Shown here: positions 55,122 through 64,000 of the stretch, piece after piece
How the letters are laid out: every line of letters starts with the position of its first letter
Position numbering within the stretch: the stretch's first letter is position 1
Origin: Spizellomyces punctatus DAOM BR117
Taxonomy: Eukaryota
Assembly: GCA_000182565.2 (NCBI GenBank)
Contig: KQ257455.1
Reading direction: 5' to 3' (one strand)
DNA: 64,000 nucleotides
Notes under the pieces: model-generated
The model's database searches: none
What the model was told of the DNA's origin: nothing
Seen by the model: only the letters and a program-made list of their open reading frames with translations
Translations under genes and position numbers: made by a program

Positions 55122-55250
55122 TCTTGTTGGTGGGTGGGAGGGGGGGTATCGACCTAGTGCGTTCGCCAAAACACACTCTAGAAGAATCCTTCGTTTTCCT
55201 TTAACGTCCCCCACCAAAGGATCTACTCCAACAAAAAGATCAAAAGATGC

Positions 55251-55374
55251 GATAATCTAAACCTCCCCTTCCTCGTCAAAACAACAAAAACTCACACGAC
55301 AAGCCCAAAAAACAAAACTAAAGTGGAAGATAAGATATCACGCTTATCAAATCATACTAAGCAATCTGTTATCT
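55251..55374. promoter_or_regulatory. Cluster of GATA motifs upstream of the AMT gene
   Basis: GATAAT 55251, GATAAG 55329, GATATC 55334, CTTATC 55343 and TTATCT 55369. Confidence 0.55.
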
Positions 55375-55605
55375 CCGAAAGTGGCCGCTTGTGGGGATCT
55401 GTGGGTTAGAAAGGGGGTTTCGGAGGGGTCATAGTCACCTGACTTGTCATAGCAACAGAGGCACAGCAACCTTCTGCGCCACGCATATCATGATTGGTCG
55501 ATGATGCTGTGCCACAATGGTTGTGTTTGAATTTGTTTTTCCTCTCGTGAAATGTCAACTCCGCTCCCCTCCTCCATTTCATTTGCAACATCGCACGAAC
55601 GAGAA

Positions 55606-57337
55606 ATGGCCGCCGAATCTACTCCCACCACCAACGGTCCTGCCACCACCGTTCCTGCCAAGCGGCCCTTCCCCGACTTTTCAGAGGCTCCAGCTGCCAA
55701 TGCAAACGAATCCACAGAACAACGCGCCAAGCGGTTGGCAGCTCTCTTATCCACTCCTGTCAAGGATGGTCTTACGGCCGAAGAGCTCATGAACCCCCAA
55801 TTGTCGGGTGGTCTTACTTACAATGACTTTCTCATTCTCCCCGGCTATGTGGACTTTCCTGCCAGCATTTGCTCACTCGAAAGCAGAATCACAAAGAGAT
55901 TCACCCTCAAAACTCCATTCCTCTCCAGTCCCATGGACACTGTCACCGAAACCCAGATGGCCATTCACATGGCCTTGAACGGAGGGTTGGGTGTCATTCA
56001 CCACAACTGTCCCGTGGAGGAACAAGCCGACATGGTCCGAAAGGTCAAGAAATTCGAAAATGGTTTCATCACGGATCCAAAATGTCTGGGCCCCGAACAC
56101 ACTGTCCAGGACGTTTTCAACATTAAGCAGCAGTATGGATTCTGCGGCATTCCCATCACCGAGAATGGAAAGCTCCACTCTAAACTCCTTGGAATCGTCA
56201 CATCCCGCGACATTGATTTCCTCCAAACTTTGGAAGACCGCCAACGCCTTCTTAAAGATGTGATGACCACCGACCTCGTGACAGCACCACAGGGTGTCTC
56301 CCTCTTTGAAGCCAACACAATTCTCAAAGCTTCGAAAAAGGGCAAGCTCCCTATCGTTGACGGTCAAGGTCGTCTCACCGCGCTTTTGGCCCGCTCCGAT
56401 TTGGTCAAAGCAAGAGACTATCCCTGGGCGTCCAAGATGCCATCTAGCAAGCAGCTCCTCGTTGCTGCGGCCATCAGTACTCACGACGAAGACCGTGTCA
56501 GATTGCAAGCTCTTGTGGATGCTGGTTTGGATATTGTCGTGTTGGACTCTTCCCAAGGAAACTCTAGCTTCCAGATCGAAATGATAAAGTACATCAAGCA
56601 AACCCACCCTCACATTGATGTCATTGCCGGAAACGTCGTAACACAGGAACAAGCAAGGCGGTTGATCGAGGCTGGTGCTGATGCATTGCGGGTTGGAATG
56701 GGTAGTGGAAGTATTTGCATTACTCAAGAAGGTATGTGTTGCCAGTTGGCCAGCCGGTATACGACTGTTAATGCTCACCTGACTTGGATTGACAGTCATG
56801 GCGTGCGGTCGTCCTCAAGGAACAGCCGTGTTCCGGGTATCCCAATTCGCCCGCCAATTCGGCGTACCTGTCATTGCCGATGGAGGTATCGGCAATGTTG
56901 GTCATATCGTCAAAGCCCTTGCCCTCGGCGCCTCGGCTGTCATGATGGGCTCTCTCCTTGCAGGCACATCTGAATCACCTGGTGAATACTACTACCACGA
57001 AGGCCAACGTCTGAAAAAGTACCGTGGAATGGGATCAATTGATGCCATGGAAAAGGGTGATGCGGCTGGAAAACGTTATTTCTCAGAGGCGGACAAAATC
57101 AAGGTGGCTCAGGGTGTTGCGGGCGCAGTCGTAGACAAGGGATCTGTAAAAAAGTTCTTGGGCTACCTTGCCACCGGGGTTCAGCACTCGCTGCAAGACA
57201 TTGGAACAAGAACTTTGGTGGATTTGAGGGACGCAGTTGTCAATGGTGAGGTGCGATTTGAGAAGCGTACTGCAAGTGCGCAGTTGGAGGGGGGTGTACA
57301 TGGATTGCACTCTTATGAGAAGCGTTTGTTCTCGTAA
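55606..57337 (+). CDS. IMPDH: Inosine-5'-monophosphate dehydrogenase (one intron, about 56732-56795)
   Basis: [23 protein letters not shown] pair, [22 protein letters not shown] and AQGVAG. Confidence 0.96.
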
Positions 57338-57602
57338 ATTGCGGATTTTACTTTTGGGGGATAGTAGATAGTTTCGATAGCTTGATCACTTAGGTAGAGC
57401 ATTTTTTTCATTTTTTTTTCGATGATGTGCCGGCTTGATTAGAAGGAGCCGCTCTTGTATACATTTTTTCAAAACTGTAATCTCTTGTGTTCAGAATTTT
57501 GATGCATCCAAAGTGGGTTATAACGCCCCGATTCCTTGTAGACAATCTATAAACATAGCCAAAGAAACATACACATGTATCCACGTCTCAATGTTCACGA
57601 TA

Positions 57603-59354
57603 TTACTTCTTTTTAACAACCTGCGCTTGTATACATTGTCAGCTATCTTTACAGCAGAAAAAACAACCGACTCAATTCTTGCCTGTATCACATCCTCATC
57701 CTCTACTACGTGGTTTAACCCTACTCGCTGTGGGTTGTGTTTTGTGGAAGTCCCCCACACCAAAGCATACTCAAAGTCACGTCAGCACACAACCTCCTCT
57801 AATAATAACAACACCAAAACTCACGTTGAACTCGTCTACCAAACTCTTGTGAATATTCCGACAAACGCCTTCAACTGTAGTTCCTCTCTTTAAAATCAAT
57901 CCGCCATCAAAATCAGGAAACTCCCCTCTCTTCTTTGTGTAAACTCGGATAAGATCCAAATGATGCCATATTTGGTCGATAAGATACTCGAGATTTAGAT
58001 CGGATTCGCAGGAAACAACGACAGTGTTGGGTTCGCGGGCTAGAGAGTCTACTTCTTCGATAGATATCTAGTAAAACGTGTGAGATATCCGAGAGGACAA
58101 GTAGGAAAGACGACGGCGATCCGCTCACCTCGTCGATTTTGTTGTAACAATAGAGACAGGAAATGTATTTACGGTTGCCAAGGACGACATCGATGAATTG
58201 ATCCACGGTGGCGTCTTCACGAATTAGCACTTCAGCGTTATGAATCTTCTCAAGAGAGCGTGGGCGAGTAAGCCAGATGTTCACTGATCACTGAGAGGCA
58301 GGCGAGCAACAATACCTTGTAATCATGTAAAATCTAGTCAGAGTATAAGCAATTCAACAGTCAGCTCTATTTTCAAAGTTCCCAATCGCCACATTCATCA
58401 TACCTGGTATACCATCCTCTCATTCAAATGTGTTAACTTGCAAGTACTGTTAAAAGAGATACCACCGCCCTTCTTGACTTTGAAATAAATATTTGGCCTG
58501 TGCGTATTGATTCTGATACCGACAGCTTCAAGTTCGGCTTCGAGAAGCTCTCTTTGGCGGGGGCCCTTCGTTGCGTCCAGCATCATCAAAATCAGGTCGG
58601 CGGTTTTGGCAACAGCAATGACTGACAATGGAACGTGAATAATATTATCCGGATCATGGAGTAAACATCTTCTCCGTCGTACCTTGTCTTCCACGACCCT
58701 TCCCCTGTGCAGCGCCTTCGATAATACCGGGAAGATCCAACAACTGGATCTGTGCACCATTGTAATGAATCTTCCCTGGACTGCAATTCATAGTCCATCA
58801 TTAGCTGTCATGTGATCCAGCCCCTCAGTCCACCGACATCTCACATACATGCAAGTCAATGTTGTGAACTCGTACGATGCTGCCTCGGATTTTGTCTCGG
58901 TCGTTTTAGATAATAGGGTAGATTTTCCCACGGATGGAAATCTGAATCACAGCATCAGCAGAATTCGTGAGAGGAGAACCCCCCAAATATCTCACAAAGT
59001 GTCGTACCCAATCATTGCCACTCTCGCATCCCCACTTCGGACCACATCGAAACCTGCACCCTTCGGTCCGCTCTTTCCAGTCGGCTCAAGGAGCATCACC
59101 CGATACCGGGCGAGCTTTGCCTTGAGCAGACCGAGATGGTACTCGGTCGCCTTGTTCTTTTGCGTTCGCGCAATCTGTGAGTGGAGATTGGGTTCTGTTA
59201 ATGGTAGTTCGCAAGCAAACATGTCCAAATGCCCTCACTTCACGCTCAATATCCGCTGCAAAAAAAGGGCTTATTTCAGTTTCGTGAGGAGCAGCTGGAG
59301 CTAACAAAGGCGGTTTCTTACCCCGCACTTACCAATCTTTTCTGTAATTCCCAT
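57603..59354 (-). CDS. RBG2: Developmentally regulated GTP-binding protein 2 (DRG2/RBG2), multi-exon
   Basis: [53 protein letters not shown] and TGS ending EDEDVIQVVKKK*. Confidence 0.92.
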
Positions 59355-59949
59355 TTTTGCGATCACCAACAACCATGCGTTTTGGCCGAACTGGTTTTGA
59401 TGAGCACCCACGTGAAATGTATGTACAATCCAACCGTCATTCGAATGATGTTTAACCTGTCAACCACATCGCCAATTCATTTGGCTCTCCTGGTTAAAAT
59501 ACTTTCTGAGATTGGGCACGCTGTCACGAAAGGATACTTGAGCAAGAGTTAATGGTGTGGCCCATTATGATGATAGTATAAGCGGTGTGGCATTCATCGG
59601 CATATAAATGCGCTGTTAAAACACTTGGTTTTGTGAGCGAAGCAGCAAGAACTTCACGCTCATTTTGGCACAGGCTACAGTCACCAGCTCAGCTTTTTGA
59701 AATAAACTTTCTTTTCCAACTTCCAGGTGCGATTATCTTTTCATTCGGACTGTTTCGAGTCATTGAACCCTTGGTCCAATATGTTCTCCCAGCAATGCAT
59801 CTGGGAAACAAAAAGAAAGCCAGATGATTTTGAATAGATAGTAAGCAACATGCGAAACACGACCAAGGAAGCCATGTCGAGCATCATAAAGTGCAATTTT
59901 TTCAATCCATTCCCACATAAACACAATTTAATACATTGGAGATACAATA

Positions 59950-62241
59950 TCATCCTTCTATATCAAATCCACCAGATGTGGGCGACCCCATCTTGCTCTG
60001 GTGTCCTGGACTACCAAATGCAGCCCCAACAGGGCTTCTTCCTTCTCCTCTGTCCTTTCTAGGTGCTTTATATGTAAACCCTGCAAAGGCCAATCTTTTT
60101 CTCATATCCAACATGTCCTCAGTCTCATCCGCAGCTCCCTTGCTTTTCCCTCCCCAGGCTTCTTTGATCACATCTTCCTCGTTCACTTCATCAAAATAGG
60201 ATGTGTCCACTTCGCTTTTTAGATCTGGACGGAATGGCGCTGGACGGCTTCCCAATTCATCCCATTCAATATCACGGAACCAAGGGTGTTTTTTTATTGC
60301 TGCCGCATCTCCTTCACCAGACATTTGCGACAGCGGGGAGGTTACAGATGCAGCGGACGCACGGGGTGTTGTGTTGGATGACCTGCGGGTAGCCGACATT
60401 GGTCCGCTACCTAATCTACTCTCCTTGTCACAAATCAGCTTCATGATCAGATCTTGTGCTTCTCTGGAGACTTTTGGCTCAGCAGGAAACCGCAAGGTTT
60501 GTCGCCAGTTGACAATTTTGAGTTTAGTCTGTTGCCGGGTTTTACTGCAAAATGGCGGGAAGCCGTAGAGCATTTCGAAAATAATTACGCCTAGAGACCA
60601 CCAGTCGCACGCTTTGTCGTACCCAGTCCCGAGAAGAATTTCTGGAGCCATGTAGTTGTTCGTTCCAACCACCGAAAATGCTTGCTGCTTTCGATTTGCA
60701 TCCCTCCAGCGCAGAATCTTGGTATGCGGCGGTGGAGCGAAGATATCAGCTTCGGATTCACCAAGTAAACTGGTCTCAGTCGACATTGAAGACAGCCCTG
60801 TCAAGGAGGATGGAGATGTGCTGGCACTGGGTTCACCGTCCCCGTAGGCACGCTGCATCGTGATTCTTCGCTGCTCTTCATAGTATGCAGAGTCGTGGGC
60901 CCAGTGAAAGTCTGTAGCTAGCCCAAAATCAGTGACTTTGATATGGCCGTCTGCATCAAAGAGAAAATTGTCGGGTTTGATGTCCCGATGGATTACTCTA
61001 AATTGATAATATATATGAGTGATCAGATCCTGACTTTTGGCATTCTGTCAATCGTACCCGAGTTTATGCACTTCTTCGATAGCCAAAATCATTTCTGCTG
61101 CGTAATGTTTGGCAAAGTCCTCCTCAAAAATATCCAACTTTATCAACAAGCTCAAAAGATCCCCGCCGGGCATAAAGTCCATCACAAAGTACAAGAATTC
61201 GTTATCCTGAAATGTATATACCAGCCTCACGACCCAATTGGCACACTCAGCAGCCTCTGATAAAAGGTCCCGTTCAGCACGAACATGACTTTCTTGATTC
61301 CGCTTTATCGCTTCCGATTTCTTGAGTATCTTCATGGCAAATATATCACCAGTGCTCTTCTGTCGGACAAGCCGGACAACCCCAAAAGCTCCATGCCCAA
61401 TTGTCTTTATGGACTCAAAATCAGCTATGGAAAGCTTTTCCCGCATACGACGCATGCGCTCCGATTCACGGTGAAGCCATTCTTGACGAACAACGCGTTT
61501 CTCAGACTCGGTCATTGTCATGTTTGATAACTCTGATTCAAGCTGAAGACGCCTTTTTGCTCTTGCGGTAGGGCCAGATTTGTACAGGCGGTCAAAATAC
61601 TGCTCAAAATAAATCTTGGCAGCGACCGAGCGCTCTACAGTGGCACGAGACACGCTAGTCTTGCTTCCGCCAGCCGTTGACGGCCGAGAAGAATTCTCGG
61701 TAATAGATGTAAAGGATTGAACACTGTTGCTTTGTACAACGGGAGCTTCCGGTGCCCTGTCGCCGACTGTTGGTGGTGCTGAAACAGAGTTCCTGGCATC
61801 ACCCTGTACGGGTCCTTTCTTTTGCCATGGCTGTAAGAGTGCCTTGAAAGACCGTACGCCTTCTGCTGGTTGCCCTGAAGGACCTCCACTGCCTGAAGCC
61901 AAGGTGCCTCCGCTGGATGTCACATAGTTTTGGTACTTTGACTGGTCATCAACTCTCGGTGAGATGTTCCGTTCCAAGGTATTTAATCTTTGTAAAACGG
62001 TTTCCGCTTGATCAGGAGTTGCAGCATGTAAGCGATGACTGACTTGTAAGAATAAGGGAGAGGAATGAGCCAAGCGTAAGAAACGAAACAACCATTTTCA
62101 TGCCCTCGGTTCTGTTGTACTGTCACGGCGTTACCCAAAGGGTTCAACGCTCCTCTGGACATTCACGGCCAGAGCAAACAGACATTATAAACCAAAGAGA
62201 TTGAAGGATACGCACTCAAAGTTGTTCGGCGCGGATATCAT
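59950..62241 (-). CDS. NDR/LATS-family AGC kinase (CBK1-like); start approximate
   Basis: NTR AAKIYFEQYF..RESERMR, IGHGAFGVV, HRDIKPDN, DFGL, SVVGTNNYMAPE and hydrophobic motif AFAGFTY. Confidence 0.92.
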
Positions 62242-62937
62242 ATCTTTAATTACGCGCCGTTTCGCATCTTTCTTGCTTGCTTTTTGAGGCAGTCCAGAAC
62301 GTTAATACAAGCCCACTCATCAAAATCGTCGATAGAGAATGTAAACCCACATTGTGCAGACGGTTCGGCCATGGTTAAGTAGGTTTGCACTCCTGCGCTA
62401 GGAATGAGTTGTCGTCCAGTTCGTTTGTAGCGCGCGTTTGCTCTGTGCGAGTCGGGTGGTGAGGGCTCGATTACGTAAGAGTTGTTTGTCAAGGATCGCA
62501 GTTTCCAGAAGGACGACGATGTCCGCTACTTGTTCACCATTAAAGAAAGCTTTCTTGCCGGATGTCCAAAACCCCTCTTTGCTACTGTCAGGTTCCTTTT
62601 AGGACCATATCATTCATCATCGCAACTTTCTCTGGTTATATTAAAGGACCGTGCGTGTCTGGTTGAGGGTATCTCATGCTGTTTGCCCATTTCGGGCCAC
62701 ATGTACGAGGGATGTTTCTTGACACAGCCTGGGCTTGATATCTATCTTTTCAAAGCACTATTCTAAAGTTATTTGGCCCGCCGGGTTTGCACGCGTCTCG
62801 GTTTTCTGAACGGTTACTGCTTCGTCTATAAAAACCCAGTTCTTCTCCATCTTCCCTCATTTTCTGCTCTGGTCAACGTCAAATAAACTGCCCTCCAATT
62901 TAGCTTCCGTCTTTGCACACTATCAACAAATATCATC

Positions 62938-63555
62938 ATGCATTTGACCAGCGTCTCTCTATTGCTAGCAGCAGCTATGGCAGCAGTGAAAGCTCTCCCT
63001 GCTCCTCAAGGGGGTATCCCTCAAGGTGACTTTAGCGTTCGCCCTACGCCCGCCTTTGCAACGATTCCCGCGCAACTCAGTGAAATCGCTACGCTGGTTG
63101 TCGAAACCGAAACGGCCACCGCAACCGAAACTGCGACCGAAACCGCAGCTGCGACCGAGACTGCGACCGAAACGTTGGAAACACTCGAAACTTCAGTCGC
63201 TACAACCACCACCGTTGCTGTAACAGAAACCGCTACGGCAATCGTTCCTGCAACCCTCGGCCCCATCACGCTGGGCGTTACAACCGATGCAGCCACGGCA
63301 ACCGCCTCGGCTCCTGGTCCCGTTGTCCCGAGCCCCGTTCTTCCTCCCATTTGTCGGCGGGCAGGCTGTAATGGTGAACTCTGCGTGGTCAACTCTCGCG
63401 ATGCTGTCCTCAGCCCTTGCGTGTGGAAGCCCGAGTTTGCTTGCTACAACTCTGCTACCTGTGGCTACAACGCTACAGCTCGTGCTTGCGGATGGCAGAA
63501 CACCGTCTCGCTCAGGACTTGCATTAGCGCTGCACGACAAAGTGCCCAGATCTAG
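62938..63555 (+). CDS. Secreted Thr/Ala-rich protein with C-terminal Cys-rich domain
   Basis: Signal peptide MHLTSVSLLLAAAMAAVKA, TATETA repeats, CRRAGCNGELC..CVWKPEFACY..C..CGW..C, and TATAAA at about 62827. Confidence 0.8.
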   Translation: MHLTSVSLLLAAAMAAVKALPAPQGGIPQGDFSVRPTPAFATIPAQLSEIATLVVETETATATETATETAAATETATETLETLETSVATTTTVAVTETATAIVPATLGPITLGVTTDAATATASAPGPVVPSPVLPPICRRAGCNGELCVVNSRDAVLSPCVWKPEFACYNSATCGYNATARACGWQNTVSLRTCISAARQSAQI

Positions 63556-64000
63556 TGCCCCCAATTTCAATGCAGTGTTGGGAGAATTTGTACAATGAAT
63601 GTCTGTAAATCTGATATATGTAATAAATGTTAAGTTTTCACCGTTTAACCGGAGTACTGTGGTAACAATAATGAGCCCTGACAATGCGCAACCTGTGGTT
63701 CAATGACCTTTGGTTAGGATTGGCCAGATGAGGACGGGATCTGGGTAGATTTTCAAAGTGCATCATTGATGTGCATGCATTGCAGCATGATCCATTTCTT
63801 TGCTTTGCGGACCTGTGAGACACTTGTCTCGTTGAATTTCAAAAAGGTTTCCGCTGTGTTGAACTCTCGCCGCACGTTGGAGGACGTTACGGGCAATGGT
63901 GAGATGCCAATCTTCCCAATGCATATATGGAATCGCAGGGTTTACCCCACTCCCGCGGTCTTTCCCCCGCTATTACTCAAGTACGCTATCCTAACGACAC

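Noticed and set aside
55873-56799. Long antisense ORFs (here and over ALDH, MINDY and Phactr)
   Set aside because: Shadows of codon-biased real genes on the opposite strand.
63100-63240. Tandem accgaaac repeats as a CRISPR-like array
   Set aside because: In-frame coding repeats (TATETA) with no unique spacers.

Overview
Eukaryotic, intron-rich fungal DNA with short GT-AG introns and one 100-N assembly gap, most likely the chytrid Spizellomyces punctatus or a close relative. That assignment rests on my recall of the Fanzor protein, not on a database search. About 30 host genes are recognisable: Phactr/RPEL protein, GATA factor, MET3, RPL37, CKS1, TLDc protein, MINDY deubiquitinase, NAD kinase, aspartic protease, cytochrome P450, EF-hand protein, MBOAT, TMEM256, cytochrome b5-acyl-CoA dehydrogenase, ALDH, tRNA-Leu(CAA), a lectin-Hint protein, HAUS8-like protein, HSL-type lipase, AMT, IMPDH, DRG2 and an NDR kinase. 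The outstanding feature is a 2,139-bp transposase-less element at 16141-18279. It has perfect 28-bp TIRs, a TA duplication and a CATA motif at its left junction. It encodes an intronless, NLS-bearing TnpB-like RuvC nuclease (Fanzor1), followed by a structured non-coding right end (omegaRNA scaffold) whose guide would be the flanking host DNA. Together these make a eukaryotic RNA-guided endonuclease/homing system. Secondary observations are the tRNA-Gly-like/B-box character of the omegaRNA region, a 16-bp copy of the element's left end beside a tRNA gene, and a Hedgehog-type Hint autoprocessing domain fused to a lectin-like ectodomain. Exon boundaries were read by eye and outer gene coordinates are approximate where stated.
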